A DNA stretch of 64,000 nt from Malacoraja senta (GCA_038087875.1 CM075997.1:8434001-8498000); one strand, 5' to 3'. Positions 12,761 through 27,800 are shown, numbered from the stretch's first letter. Program-made: numbers and translations. The notes: generated from the letters alone by a model not told the origin.

Positions 12761-15700
12761 CGAAGGACATAAAAACAAAACACATCTCGAAGAAATCCAT
12801 GAAAGCCCTTCTCATCTTAACCGTATGCGCTCTGGTATTTGGCATTTGCACACCGGGGGAAATGCATGAACGTGAAGCAACTTAAAAAAAAAAAAACGAA
12901 TGGGTATTTCCAAAGCAAATTGGAAACGGTATTTATTTGTGGGTTTACGTTTGAATTTTTTGTATTGAAATTGCTGAGCTAAAGTAGCATGGCGCGTTCG
13001 TAGCTCGTGAAAAAATGAATATTTGCTGCCACGTTTACCTAGACACAATGAAGAAGGTTGTTATGTTTGCAATCCAGGCACACCCTACCACACGTGTCTT
13101 CCATGTAATTATACGCATGTGCACAGAAGTGGTAAAGGAGAAAGATAACGGAGTGCAGTCAACAGTAAGCCAGCTAAAGTGCCCAGGGATCGTAATATCG
13201 CCAGGCCTGAAAATAGATGAAATATAATATTGTTAATATTGTTAGTCTCTTGTGTCTCTTCGGGAGGTTCGAAAGTATGTGGACAATGGGTCTGCGGAAA
13301 ATTAAACTGCACACGACATGGTAAAACATTATGTTTGATGGACAGACTTAACTTAGAGCTCCCGTGGATTTTGAAGCAACAGCAACAAAGAGCAGGAGAA
13401 AACACTGATTGGCTCCAGCCCGAGCGGGAGGAGTTAGAAGTGAGTCAGAGGGGGAAAGCAGTTTAAAACTGAGGAATTTGGTTTCTAAATTGGTAAATTA
13501 GGCAATTTAGCAGTCAATATAAGGAGGATGGCTCTTATGGAGCGGCAGTGAGGGAGCGACCTTGTGAGTGAAGTGCCCTGTGAGTAAAGTGTGAGTCTTT
13601 GGCTCGTGAATCTTCGGAGAGGAGGCTACGCAAAACGCTGGAGAAGGAGCGACGAAAGAAGCAGATGTCAAGCAAGCTAATTCAGTGCGATGCTGGGAGG
13701 TCAAGGACACTGCCGGTGCCTCTGGCTGCTACAAATGTGAGAAGTGCATCCAGGTACCTGCTCCTGAAGGACCGTGTTGGGGAACTGGGTAAGCAAGTGG
13801 ATGACCTCAGGTTCGTCCGAGAAACTGAGATGTTCCTCGACAGTAAGATTGTTACACCTAAGGTGCTGGAAGAGAGAAGGTGGGTGACGGTGAGAAAGGG
13901 GGGGAAACATGGAATGCAAAGGACCCCGGGTGTTGTACCTCTTGTGAACAGGTTCACCCACTTCGGGACAGAAGACGTTATCACACTGAGCGGCGGACTG
14001 GCTTGCGAAGCAAAAAGGGCTGTTGAGCCAAAACCAAAGAGGCCAACGTCAGGCAACGCCATTGTAGTTGGAGACTCCATTGTGAGAGGTACGGACAGGG
14101 GTTTCTGCAGGATTTGAGGATGGTGTGCTGCCTTCCTGGTGCCAGCATCCAGGATGTCACGGACAGTGCGCAGAAAATCCTCAAGGGCGAAGGTCAACAG
14201 CCGGAAGTGGCAGTGCATGTCGGCACAAAAGATGACGGAAAGAAGGAGATTAATATTCTGCAGCGTGACTTTAGAGGGCTCTGAAAAATGCTGAAAAGCA
14301 GGACCTCCAGGGTTGTTATCTCCGGTTTGCTTCCAGTTCCACGTGCTGGCGAGAGCAGGAACAGGGAGATACGGGACATGAATATTTGGCTGAGGAACTG
14401 GTGCAGGGGGCACGGATTTAGTTTCTAAGACCACTGCGATCTGTATTGGAGTAAGGGGGAACTGCACAAAAGGAACGGATTGCATTTTAACAGGAGGGGG
14501 ACCAGCATTCTGGCAGGGTGGTTTGCCACTGCTACACGGGTGGTTTTAAAAGGAATAAGGGGGGTGGGGTGTCAAATGGTATAGTCGAAAACGGAGTTAA
14601 ATGGAAAGAGAGTAAAGGGATGGATAATGATCCCAGAATTAACGGGAAAGGAAGCTCACAAAGGGTTAGGAGAGTATGGCCAAGTGTAATAGGGATCGAT
14701 GTGAAAGCTGAGATGCGTAAGGAATTGAAAGTATTGTATATGAATGCGCGAAGTATAAGAAGTAAATTAGATGAGCTTGAGGCTCAGTTGGAGATTGGTA
14801 CATATGACATTGTGGGGATTACTGAGACGTGGCAGCAGGAAGATCGGGCCTGGAAAATTAATATTCAGTGTTATACATCCTATAGAAAGGGCAGGCACGT
14901 GGGCAGAGGAGGGGGGGTAGCTCTGCTGGTGAGGGATGGAATTCAGTCCCTTGCGAGAGAAGCATAGGGACTGACGAGGTAGAGTCACTATGGATTGAGT
15001 TGAGGAATTGTAAAGGCAAGAAGACAATTGGTGTTATCTAAAGACCCCCAAATAGTAGCCCGGATGTAGGGTGTAAGTTGAAGCAGGACTTAAAACTTTC
15101 ATGTAACAAAGGTAATGCCACTGTGGTGAGGGGGGGTTTCAATATGCAGGTAGTCTGGGGAAATCAGGTTAGTTCAGGAACCCAAGAAAGAGAGTGTGGA
15201 GAATGCTTCCGAGATGGATTCTTAGATTAGCTTGTAATGGAGCCGACCAGAGAAAAGGCAATTCTGGATTTAGTGTTGTCCAATGAACCAGATATGATAA
15301 GGTAACTCGAGGTACAGGAACCGCTTGGAGGTAGTGATCATAATATGATTAGTTTTAATCTGCAATTTGAGAAGGCGAACGTTAAATCGGAAGTGTCAGT
15401 GATGCAGTTGAACAAAGGGGACTATGAAAGCATGAGAGGGGAGCCGGCTAAAGTAGACTGGAAATGACGGTGGAACAGCAATGGCAGGAATTTCTGGGCA
15501 TAATCCGGAAGACGCAGGATTATTTCATTCCAAACAGGAAGAAAGATTCTAAGCGGTGTAGGAGGCAACCGTGGCTGTCAGGAGAAGTTAGGGATAGAAT
15601 AAAACTAAAAGAAAAGATGTATAACACAGCAAAGAGTAACCGGAAGCCAGAAAATTGGGAAACTTTCATCGGACAACAGAAGGAAACAAAACGGGCAATA

Positions 15701-15775
15701 CGGGCTGAAAAGATGAAATACGAAGGGAAGCTGGCCAGGATTATAAAGAAGGACAGTAAAAGGTTCTTAAGATAT

Positions 15776-18700
15776 TGTAGATTGATGATGCATGTGAACC
15801 AATCACACATAAGCCAGCATCACTAAATCCACCCCACTATAACACTTATACTAACGCTTGTTCCCGGCACTGCCAGTCTGAGCAGCTAGGATGTACTGAC
15901 AACCTATTGTCCTCAACGCTGCTAAGTCTCAGTGCTGATTAAAGATGTGTTTAAATCATACACTGTCTCTGGTGCTTGTTTGCATGGCGTCAGAATTGGT
16001 CTTATCAACTCCTCTTGTATAACGGTTTTTATTTTATCTTTTGTGAGTTTTTGTTTTACTTTACGATGGCTTCTTCTTGTCGAAAGCCTGACCGTCTTGT
16101 CTTTGATGCGGATATCAGCGAACGCTGGGCCACGTTTGAAATGGATTACCAGCACTACATGAACATTGCACACCGAAATGAACCAGATGCTGTCAAGGCC
16201 TCTCTCCTGCTCAACCTTGGGGGCCCAGATGCCCTTCGTCGATCCAGAACATTCCGTTATGCTCCGGCAATCCGCGATGCCAACCCCAGCGGAATCTCTT
16301 GATGACCCTAATGTTCTGCTGCGTCAACTAATCCAGATCTGTGACCTGCCCTCAAATCACATTTTGGATAGGGCAAGGTTTTTCTCTCGTCGTCAGCTCC
16401 CCGGGGAACGAGTTGACTCGTTTATCTCAGACTTGATGTATTTAGCCCAGCGTTGCCGATTCCAGATTATGCCGGTTGATTAGCTGACTGATCAGTTAAC
16501 GAGGGACATTTTAGTGAATGGCATTAGCGATCTAAAGCTCAGATCAGAGCTCCAGAGACGGCCAGATTTAACACTTGATGAAGCTGTACACGCATGCAGA
16601 ACTGCCGAATTTGTCGAACCCATAGTCAGTTCGCATGAAACCAAAACCATCCACCTGACGGGCCTCACTAGGCAGCGAACATACACAGATAACAGCCGAT
16701 TTATGACCCAAGCTAGTCAGGCAGCTCACAGCGGTCCTCCGAAGAGATGTCCCAACTGCAATTACTTACACAACAGACAATCAGCCTGCCGCGCCCTCGG
16801 GAAAGCATGCAATTACTGCAAAAAGCTAAATCACTTTGCCTCTGTCTGTCGGGCTGCAATTCGGGCCCGAGGAAAGAATTCGTCCAGCCCCAAGTCTAAT
16901 CTCAATTTTTTGCAACGAGACAGCAACACACTCACTCCCCAATTCCAGCTCGAAACCGCCCCCGAATACAGCCCAATTAACTCGCAAGACGATCCGACTG
17001 TTTACTCGTTACAGCATGCTGCAGCCATTAATTCTGATCCAACCGTGACGATTCTGTAAACAATGTAGTTTTGGCGCGAAATTAGACACGCGCGCAGGTC
17101 AACACTATGTCAATCAACCTCTCAAGATTAGAACTAACGAGCCACTCATTAAGGACAAATCCACTTTACATGCTTTTGGAGTGGAGGTGCTGGTTCCCTT
17201 GGGCAAAACAAACTTGAAATGTGTACTAAAGAAAACAACGAGGGAATTGACCTTCCATGTCTTGAACTTTAATTCAGTTACTCTGCTTGGCAATCGTGCC
17301 TGTCAGGAACTGGGGCTGATTTCCTTTGACAAAACCGTCCACAAGATGCAAATGTCGTTGGACCCGCTGAGTGAATTCTCTGATCTTTTCGACAACAACC
17401 TAGGCAAGTTGCCTGTGATCTACAAGATTATTACTGACCCCGATGTGACACCCGTCATCCGACCCCCGCACCGATTGTCATTTGCCATGACTGACAGGGT
17501 TCACTCTATGCGGAAGGGCATGGCCTCCAAAGGCGTAATTGAAGCAGTCAGCGACCCCACCGACTGGGTCTCAACCATAATTGCTACAGTCAAGAAGGGA
17601 AAAAATGAAATCCGCGTGTGCATCAATCCTAAAGATCTGAACACTGACATTAAGCGCCCACACCATCCCATGAAGACAGTCGAGGATGTTGCGGCAAAGT
17701 CGGAATGACCACCCTATTTTCTGTCCTCGATGCCAAGAACTCTTTCTGGCAGATACCGCTGGACAAGAAGTCATCAAACCTCACCACATTTGCAACCCCA
17801 TTCGGCAGATATAAGTTTCTGAGAATGCCATTCGGAATCAACTCCGCCAGTGAAGTCTTCTAAAGAGCTATGGAGCAATTATTCGAGGACCTGCCTTGTG
17901 CCATTATTGTCGACGATATCCTCATCTATGGTAAAGACGCAGCGGAACACGAGCACAATCTCAGACTCATCTTGGAGCGTGCTGTCAAGATCAACCTCAA
18001 GCTCAATCCTGACTAGTGCAAGTTCAGGGTTCCAGTGGTCTCCTACGTCGGCCACATCTTCACCCCTGATGGCCTCGAACCCGATCTGAAGAAAACTACT
18101 GACATCACAGAAATGCCTGCCCCAAAAGACGTGAAAGGCCTGCAACGTTTCCTGGGCATGGTAAACTGTCTTGGAAAGTTCATACCGAACCTCAGCTAGC
18201 TAAGCTCCACACTGCGGCAGCTGACCAAAAAGGACACTGCATGGTCATGGTTCCAGCAACATCAGGTTGCCTTTGATGTTCTAAAATCCAAACTGACCAG
18301 TGCACCGACCCTGACGTTTTTCGACCTGAAACGTCCGGTGACGATCACCTGCGATGCCTCGAAATTCGGGCTCGGCGCAGCCTGCTTGCAACCATCTGAT
18401 GATGGCACCCTACTACCTGTCGCGTTTCCCTCTCGCACCATGACCGACACGGAGCAGCACTGCGCGCAAATCGGAAAATAACTGCTGGCTGTCGTCTTTG
18501 CCTGCTCCAAATTCCACGACTTCGTCTTAGGGAACACGTTCACGGTCGAGACGGACCAACAACCACCAGTTGACAATCCTGAACAAGCCCATCCATGCCG
18601 CGCCAGCTTGCTTGCAGCGCATGATGATGCAGCTGCAGCGGTATGGCTTCTCTATTACATACACAAAGGGTACGAACATGCATGTCGCTGACACACTCTC

Positions 18701-20454
18701 TCGTGCACCTCGAGCATCCTGCGAACAACACCCCCATGAACAGCAGAATTTCACGGTCCTCGGTGTCGATCTCATCTCCAGTAAGCAACTGCGCACCCTG
18801 GCCGCGCACACTGCCACTGACGATGCGCTTGAAACCCTCTAATCCATCATCAAAACAGGCTGGCCAGACAAACAATCCCACACGCCCACACAGGTGCAGC
18901 CGTTCTTCTTGGTCCGTGATGAACTGGTGGTTCAGGATGGTGTTGTTGTTAAGGGTCACAAGGTAGTGATAATCTCATCGCTACGAGACGAATACTTCAA
19001 AGAGGCACACAGCGGTCACCCAGGAGCCGACTCCACACTGGTACGCGTTCGTGATCTGTTCTACTGGCCGAGAATGGCCAAGTACATCCGGGACCGCATA
19101 GCCTCTTTCCCCACTTGCAACAATATTGCGCCTCATCAGCAGCGGCAACCCCTTCTGCAACAACCTCCACCAGCACTGCCTTGATCGTCGCTGGCTGCGG
19201 ACATTTTCGAATGGTGCGGAAAGCACTACCTCGTTCTGGTCGACTCCTTTTCTAACTGGTTTGAACTAGACCTACTGACCTCCCTGACATCTGGGATGGT
19301 CATAAAGAAGATGAAAATACAATTCTCAGCCTATGGCGCTCCTGTCATCCTGAGAACCGACAATGGTCGGCAGTTCACCAGCCACTTGTTCAAGCTTTTC
19401 GCAGACCGATGGAACTTCCAGCACGTCACGAACAGTCCCGAGTATCCACAGAGTAATGGACTCGCTGAACGCGCTGTCAGAAGCGCCAAGCACTTGCTGG
19501 AGGGAGCGCGCATTTCAAAGTCAGACGTCTATCTCAATCTCCTGAATCTCACAAACATCGCCAGAGACGGAACCTTGGATCGCCGGCACAGAGTCTATTG
19601 TCAAGAGTCACGAGGTCTCCGGTGCCTATCGCACAACAGCAGCTGGTCCCTCGGGTGCTGAAGCCTGCCACTATCAAGAAACGTCTCCAGGAGAAGCATG
19701 ACATCCATAAACGGTCATACGACAGTTCCAGCAGACCACTTAAGCCTCTACTGCCGGGCCAGGTCGTCCGTCTACGAACTTCAACTGGACATTATCGTCT
19801 GGGCACTGTTGTACGCCCGACTGACGAGCCGCGATCCTACCTTGTGGACTGTGAGGGAGCGGTATACCGGAAAAGTCGACAACACCTGCTTGCTGTGAGG
19901 GAGCCCCGACCACCGCCTGCTGATCCCTATGCTCCGCCGCTCCAGTTCCAGCCGCCTTTTGCAATGTCTCCCACCCGTCCCCGCATGCCTTGCACACCCC
20001 CACGTCCCTCGGTCTCCACTAACCACGGGGTTTCACCTACCACATGTTTCCCCTTTCGGTCACCACAAGCCTCTCCCGTGCCATTCTCGCCTCCAGGCTC
20101 TCCGTCTCATCCTTCAGGTGAGGGAGGGGATGGTTGGGTCCGCACGCGCTCGGGCCGTGTTAGTAGACCACTAGACAGATATGGCGAGTATGTTTAACTT
20201 CATGGTATGGGTGCCCTTTCCAACATTTAATCTTTAGGGGGAAGGATGTAAATTGATGATGCAAGTGAACCAATCACACATAAGCCAGCATCACTAACTC
20301 CACCCCCTATAACACTTATACTAACGCTTGTTCCCGGCACTGCCAGTCTGAGCACCTAGGATGTACTGACAACCTATTGTCCTCAACGCTGCAAAGTTTC
20401 AGAGCTGATTAAAGATGTGTTTAAATCAGACACTGTCTCTGGTGCTTGTTTACT
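15776..20454 (+). mobile_element. Gypsy/Ty3 LTR retrotransposon A (decayed gag-pol 16066-20197)
   Basis: LTRs at 15776-15984 and 20247-20454 differ by about 10 substitutions and 1 indel; PBS TGGCGTCAGAA (tRNA-Leu-like); PPT AGGGGGAAGGA; TSD ATAT; Gag CCHC knuckles, RT IVDD, integrase TDNG and SNGLAERAV. Confidence 0.95.
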
Positions 20455-20943
20455 ATATGTTAAGGGGAAAAGAGTAGCAAAGTCAAATCTGGGTCACTTG
20501 AAGGCAGACACGGGTGAAATTATTATGGGCAACAAGGAAATCGCAGAACAGTTGAATAGGTGCTTCGGATCTGTCTTCGCTAAGGAAGACACAAACAATC
20601 TCCCAGATGTACTGGAAGACAGAGGATCTAAGGGGCTAGAGGACATGAAAGTAATTTTCATTAGGCGAGAAATAGTATTGGGTAGGCTAATGTGACTGAA
20701 GGATGATAAATCCCCTGGGCCTGATGGTCTGCATCCCAGGGTACTCAAGAAGGTGGCTCTAGAAATAGTGGACGCATTGATGGTCATTTTCCAATGTTCA
20801 ATAGATTCAAGATCAGTTCCTGTGGATTGGAGAATAACTAATGTTATCCCACCTTTCAAGACACGAGCGAGAGAGAAAACGGGGAATTACAGACCAGTTA
20901 GCCTGACTTCGGTGTTGAGAAAGATGCTGGAGTCAATTATTAA

Positions 20944-23440
20944 AGGTAAAACCATTATAATGGGTGATTTCAATCTACATATAGATTGGGTGAATCAAAT
21001 TGGCAGGGTTGCTGAGGAAGAGGATTTCTTGGAATGTATGTGGGATAGTTTTCTAAACCAACGTGTAGAAGAACCAACGAGAGAGCACGCTATTCTAGAC
21101 TGGGTATTGAGTAATGAGCAAGGGTTAGTTAGCAGTCTTGTTGTGCGTGGCCCGTTGGGCAAGAGTGACCATAATATGGTAGAGTTCTTCATTAGGATGG
21201 AGAGTGACATTGTTAATTCAGAAACAAAGGTCCTGAACTTAAACAAAGGTGACTTTGAGGGTATGAGACGTGAATTGGCCAAGATAGACTGGCCAATGAT
21301 TCTTAAAGGGTTGACGGTGGATATGCAATGGAAGGCATTTAAAAACTGCATGGATGAACTACAACAATTGTTCTTCCCAGTTTGGCAAAAGAATAAATCA
21401 AGGAAGGTAGTGCATCCGTGGATAACAGGGGAAATTAGGGATAATATCAAAACAAAAGAGGAAACCTACAAATTAGCCAGAACAAGCAGCCTACCAGGGG
21501 ACTGGGAGAAATTCAGAGTCCAGCAGAGGAGGACAAAGGGCTTAATTAGGAAAGGGAAAATAGATTATGAAAGAAAACTGGCAGGGAACATAAATACTGA
21601 CTGCAAACGTTTTTATAGATATGTCCAGAAGAAAAGATTAGTTAAAACAAATGTAGGTCCCGTGCAGTCAAAAACAGGCGAATTGATCATGGGGAACAAG
21701 GACATGGCAGACCAATTGAATAATTACTTTGGTTCTGTCTTCACTAAAGAAGACATAAATAATCTGCCGGAAATAGCAAGAGACGGGGGTTAAATGAGAT
21801 GGAGGAACGGAGTGAAATCCAAGTTAGCCGGTAAGTGGTGTTAGGTAAATTGAATGGATTAAAGGCCGATAAATCCCCAGGGCCGGATAAGTTGCGTCCC
21901 AGTGTACTTAAGGAAGTAGCCGCAGAAATAGTGGATGCATTAGTGATAATTTTTCAAAACTCTTTAGATTCTGGAGTAGTTCCTGAGGACTGGAGGGTAG
22001 CTAATGTAACCCCACTTTTAGAAAAGGGAGGGAGAGAGAAAACGGGGAATTACAGACCAGTCAGTCTGTAATTGGTGGGGAAAATTCTGGAGTCAGTTAT
22101 TAACGATGGGATAGCAGCACATTTGGAAAGTGGTGAGTTCATTGGACAAAGTCAGCATGGATTTATGGAAGGTAAATCATGTCTGACGAATCTTATAGAA
22201 TTTTTCGAGGATGTAACTAGTAGAGTGGATAAGGGAGAACCAGTGGATGTGTTATATCTGGACTTTCAGAAGGCTTACGACAAGGTCCCATATAAGAGAT
22301 TAGAATACAAACTTAAAGCACATGGTATTGGGGGTTCAGTATTGATGTGGATAGAGAACTGCTGGCAGACAGGAAGGAAAGAGTAGGAGTAAACGGGTCC
22401 TTTTCAGAATGGCAGGCATTGACTAGAGGGGTACCGCAAGGCTCAGTGCTGGGACCCCAGCTATTTACAATATATATATTAATGATCTGGATGAGGGAAT
22501 TGAATGCAGCATCTCCAAGTTTGCGGACGACACGAAGCTGGGGGGCAGTGTTAGCTGTCACGAGGATGCTAGGAGGCTGCAAGGTGACTTGGATAGGTTG
22601 GGTGAGTGGGCAAAGGTATGGCAGATGCAGTATAATGTGGATACATGTGAGGTTATCCACGTTGGTGGCAAAAACAGGAAAGTAGACTATTATCTGAATG
22701 GTGGCCGATTAGGAAAAGGGGAGATGCAACGAGACCTGGATTTCATGGTACACCAGTCATTGAAAGTAGGAATGCAGGTGCAGCAGGCAGTGAAGAAAGC
22801 AAATGCTATGTTAGCATTCATAGCAAAAGGATTTGTGTATAAGAGCAGGGAGGTTCTACTGCCGTTGTACAGGGTCTTGGTGAGACCACACCTGGAGTAT
22901 TGCGTACAGTTTTGGTCTCCTAATCTGAGGAAAGACACTCTTGCCATAGAGGGAGTACAGAGAAGGTTCACCAGACTGATTCCTGGGATGGCAGGACTTT
23001 CATATCAGGAAAGACTGGATAGACTCGGCTTGTACACGTTGGATTTCAGAAGACTGAGGGGGGGATCTTATAGAAACTTACAAAATTCTTAAGGGGTTGG
23101 ACAGGCTAGATGCAGGAAGATTATTCCCGATGTTGGGGAAGTCCAGAACTAGGGGTCACAGTTTAAGGATAAGAGGGAAGACTTTTAGGACCGAGATGAG
23201 GAAATCATTTTTTACACAGAGTGGTGAATCTGTGAAATTCTCTGCCACAGAAGGTAGTTGAGGCCAGTTCATTGGCTATATTTAAGAGGGAGTTAGATGT
23301 GGCCCTTGTGGCTAAAGGGATCAGGGGGAATGGAGAGAAGGCAGGGATGGGATACTGAGTTGGGTGATCAGCTCAAATGGCGGTGCAGGCTCGAAGGGCC
23401 GAATGGCCTACTCCTGCACCTATTTTCTATGTTTCTATGT
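20944..23440 (+). mobile_element. 5'-truncated CR1 LINE nested in the RT region of the host CR1
   Basis: Abrupt switch from host LESIIK to endonuclease IIMGDFN; ends with a CTATGTTTCTATGT tail; the host resumes AAGAGGTAATAATGGGGCAT (EVIMGHL). Confidence 0.92.
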
Positions 23441-23742
23441 AAGAGGTAATAATGGGGCATTTGGATAGCAGTAAAATGATTAGTCCAAGTCAACATGGAT
23501 ATTTGAAAGGGAAATCATGCTTGACTAACCTTCTGGAATTTTTTGAGGATGTGACAAGTAAAATGGATGAAGGGGTGCCAGTGGATGTAGTGTATCTAGA
23601 CTTTCAGAAAGCCTTTGATAAGGTCCCGCACGGGAGAATGGTGACTAAAATTAGAGCACTTTGTACTGGGGGTAGGGTGTTGACATGGATAGAAAATTGG
23701 TTGGCAGACCGGAAGCAAAGTGTAGGAGTGAACGGGTTATTT

Positions 23743-23942
23743 NNNNNNNNNNNNNNNNNNNNNNNNNNNNNNNNNNNNNNNNNNNNNNNNNNNNNNNNNN
23801 NNNNNNNNNNNNNNNNNNNNNNNNNNNNNNNNNNNNNNNNNNNNNNNNNNNNNNNNNNNNNNNNNNNNNNNNNNNNNNNNNNNNNNNNNNNNNNNNNNNN
23901 NNNNNNNNNNNNNNNNNNNNNNNNNNNNNNNNNNNNNNNNNN
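23743..23942. other. Assembly gap (200 N)
   Basis: Run of N; the flanks are unrelated elements (CR1 RT on the left, L1 3' end on the right), so the true gap size is unknown. Confidence 1.
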
Positions 23943-24787
23943 ATGTGCATAAATGTTCGATTAATGTAAGACATCCTCTGATTCAATTTAAAATTTTACA
24001 TAGATTATATTATTCAAAAGCAAAATTAAGTAAATTTTACCCAAATACCTCGGCAAACTGTTACAAATGCCTAGTCCAAGAATCAACTATAGCACATTCT
24101 TTTGTTTTTTGTATAAAAATTCAAAGATTTTGGAATGAAATTTTTGAAATTTTCACTAAATTATTTAAAATAAAACTGAAACCGAATGCAGAACTGATTA
24201 TTTTTGGAACAATAGAAGCAAGTTTGGAGCTGACTTCGTTTCAAAGGAGTTTTCTTAGTTATGGCTTAATAACGGCAAAAATATTAATACTGAAATTTTG
24301 GAAAAATGCTCCTACGCCAACAATAAAAATGTGGACTTCTAATATGTCGGAATTGTTACATCTAGTGGATATGAGATTCCTCCTAGCAGGTAAACAAGAC
24401 CAATTCCAAAAGATTTGGTCTCCATATATCGACTTATTACAAACATAGGGTGCAACAAAAGATGATAATAAATGGTTTTAGGTCCTGGCGAGGGGTGAGT
24501 AAAGATATGAAGTAGATGCATCCCTTTCATACGGTCCTATCTTATTTTATTTTTTCTCTTTTTTTTTTCTTTTCTTCTTTAACTACTTCATGTGGTTTAG
24601 GTTCACATGTATGTTCCTGGACCACTTTTTCATTCACTCACTGACTGTCTTTGCTAGCTCCTTCTATCCTTTTTTCTATTAAAGTTGAAAAACAGAAGTG
24701 GTACAAGAACTGTATAAATTTACGTTATTGCAGATTACTGTAATGTAAAATACTTCTAATAAATAAAACAAATTAAAAAATAAAAAA
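23943..24787 (+). mobile_element. L1-clade LINE 3' end (ORF2 Cys-rich C-terminus, 3'UTR, polyA)
   Basis: LIQFKILHRLYY...CYKC...H.F..C; homologous to 43400-43935; AATAAA and an A-rich tail at ~24757-24787. Confidence 0.9.
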
Positions 24788-24852
24788 TATGAGAATCCCA
24801 GTGCTGGGAAGGAGGTCAGGGATAGTTTATTTATTTTTTGTCTTCAATTGTC

Positions 24853-27800
24853 TGTAAAGAAGCTATAACGACACATCGTTACTTTACTATCTTTATTCAT
24901 ACTGGAGCATTACATATTGCACTAGCTGTACGTGGTCTGTCACAGGAACTAGAGAGCGATCTGTGGGTGGGGAGGTTGTAGTTATACTTGTGATATGGGG
25001 AGTGGTTAGTAGTGATGAGGTCACTATATTAAAGGCACATGCATATATCATCTACATCCTTCCCCTTGGAAACGACAGGCAAATACAATAGTGACAGGGC
25101 GACCACGGCTCATGTGCTAGGACGGTTAAACAAAATCGCCATAGCGGACAGGCGGTTTGACAAGACGTCCCGACCGGGTTCGCATCTCGCCATCCTCCCT
25201 TCCGGCAGGAAGAAGAGGCACCGATGGGGGCAGACGAACCTGAAAGGGGGAAACGGGAGGAGACGGAGGAGACCGCGGCACCAGAACCGGAGGTGATGCG
25301 GGATCAGGAGCGGGCAGAGCGCGGGCAGGCGAGCGAGGACTAGCCGGAGTAGGGTGGGACGGAAGGAGTTGAGGTGGTGTAGACCGTTGCATGTTAGGAA
25401 GGACGGGCAGAGCATCGCCCGGACGCGAAAACGGCAGTGGCGGAGCAAAGGGATCCGCGGCAGGCGGACGCGGCTCGTTGACGAGCCGAAGGTGCTGGCG
25501 GGTCCGTCGGTAAATGGCTCCCGCATGGTCGACGAGATAAGACCTGGGCGACCCCGCAGAGCCGACGACGGTAGCGAGCTTGGAGTGACCGGAAGGGTCT
25601 GCATGCGGACAACTTGACCGGGGAAGAGGCGCAGCAGCGGGTGGCAGGACCTGTCATGGGAACGCTTCTGGACATCGTGCCTGAAGGCAATGCGTTTCTG
25701 AACCGCCGCAGGCGTGAGGACAGACGGTATGAGGGAGCGCTGGGCCACAGGGAGCGGGAGTCTGGTAGCGCGAGACATGAGCCGCTGAGCAGGGGAACCC
25801 ATGGCAGAGTCGCGGGAAATGTTGCGGAGGTTGAGGAGAGCCAGATAGAAATCGGAGTTAATACCACGACATTGCTCCAGCAGGTTCTTTGCACTACGGA
25901 GGGCACGCTCGGCCAGACCGTTGCTTTGCGGGTACTCCGGGCTGCTGGTGAAATGGTGGAAGTTCCATCTGGAAGCGAAAGCTTTAAACTCGGAGCTCGT
26001 AAACTGGCTGCCATTGTCCGACTGTATGCTTGCCGGGGGGCCAAAAGTGCCAAAATGAGGGCATAACCTGTCGATGACGGCCGAAGAGGTTAGGGAGTGC
26101 AGCCGGTCGACCTCGAACCAGCTGGAGTAGGAGTCAACGAGAACCAGGAAGTGTTTGCCCCGCCACTCGAAAATGTCGACGGCAACCGCCATCCAGGGCA
26201 GTTCGGGCGCAGGCTTCTGCAGAAGCGGCTGGCGCTGCTGGTGGGGGGCGAGACTGTTGCAGGTGGAACACGAGGAGACTCTCTCCCGGATGTATTGGGC
26301 CATACCCGGCCAATAGAACTGGCTCCGGGCGAGAGACACGGTGGCTTCGGCCCCAGGATGTCCGCGGTGAGCGACCTGAAAATAGTGGTCGTGCAGCGCA
26401 GCAGGCACGACCACCTTGTGACCCTTCACCACCACGCCGTCGTGTAGTACGAGCTCGTCACGGACCAGGAAGTAGGGCACGGCGCCAGCCGGCAACGCGG
26501 AACGACGGTCGGGCCAGCCCCGCTGGATGACGGCAGAAAGCTGTTGCAGGGCAGGGTCATTGGTAGTGTGTTCAACCAGGGACTTCATCTGCTGTGAAGG
26601 GACGATGTTCACTTGGAGCACCACTAGATCAGACATCTCATATGGGTGGCGAACGGTGGACGTTAGCGGGGCGCGAGACAACGTGTCGGCCACAAACATG
26701 TCCTTGCCCTTACGATAAACCACATCGAAAGTGAAGCGTTGGAGCTGCAGCATCATGCGCTGCAGGCGGGATGGGGCAACATGGATCGACTTGTTGAGAA
26801 TGGTGACAAGCAGCTGGTGGTCAGTTTCAATGGTGAAAGTGTTGCCCAGGACGTAGTCTTTGAATTTGGAGCAGGCAAACACCACGGCCAGTAGCTCCTT
26901 CTCGATCTGCGCGTAGTGCTGTTCGGTGGTGGTCATGGTGCGGGATGCGAAGGAGACAGGCAGCTGTAGGCCGTCATGGGCCTGGAGACAGGCGTCACCG
27001 AGTCCGAACTGAGAGGCGTCGCAGGTGAGGACAATGGGACGCTGCAGGTCAAAAAACCTGAGTGTGGGGGTGCTGATTAGCTTGGATTTAAGGATGTCGA
27101 AGGCTTTCTGGTGGTGGGGGAACCAAACCCAGGACGTGTCCTTTTTTTATCAAATCCCTCAGGGGAGCGCTGAGCTCGCTGAGGTCGGGGATGAACTTCC
27201 CCAGGTAGTTTACCATGCCCAGGAAGCGTTGTAGGCCTCCACATTAGTAGGAGAAGGCATCCCGGAAATGGCAGCCGTTTATTGCGGGTCCGGTTTCAGC
27301 CCCTCGGCGGTGAATACATGTCTAACATAGGTGACCTCCGGGACGCGAAATCGGCACTTCTTGGGGTTCAGTTTCAAGTTGATTTCCCAAGCCCGGTCTA
27401 GGACCTGGCGGAGGTTGAAATCGTGTTCGGCGACGTCCTTACCGTAAACGAGGATGTCGTCAACGATGATGGCGCACGGTCGATCGGAAAACAGCTGTTC
27501 CATTGTCCGTTGGAATACCTCGCTGGCAGAGTTGATTCCGAATGGCATTCGGAGAAACCGAAATCTGCCGAAGGGGGTGGCGAAAGTTGTCAAGATGGAG
27601 GACTGCTCGTCAAGTGGTATTTGCCAGAAGGAGCTTTTGGCATCGAGGTCAGAAAAAAACGTTGCCGGACCAACCTGTGCAGCGACTTCCTCTACCGTTA
27701 TCATAGGGTAGTGTGGGCGTCTAATGGCCAGGTTGAGGTCTTTGGGGTTGATGCAGATGCGTATCTCGCTTTTGTCCTTTTTCGCGGCAACAACCATGGT

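Larger units (their letters stand above)
13400..23742 (+). mobile_element. 5'-complete but decayed CR1 LINE (ORF1 with SGNH/esterase domain, then ORF2), host of a Gypsy and a second CR1; runs into the assembly gap
   Basis: ORF1 remnants YKCEKC, IVVGDSIVRG, CLPGASIQDV, VHVGT; ORF2 endonuclease VLYMNARSI...DIVGITETW. Sequence resumes after the Gypsy (20459) and after the nested CR1 (23441). The 5' boundary is approximate. Confidence 0.85.

Noticed and set aside
13030..13110. Possible leader exon for the Ig gene (donor AG/GTAAAC at ~13038)
   Set aside because: No ATG-initiated hydrophobic signal peptide in the required phase; the leader was not located.
20753..21793. 346-aa ORF with RT-region sequence preceding endonuclease motifs (apparent novel domain order)
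   Set aside because: Chance in-frame junction of a nested CR1 inside another CR1 at ~20944.
23452..23986. ORFs spanning the N run
   Set aside because: Artefacts of translating through the assembly gap.
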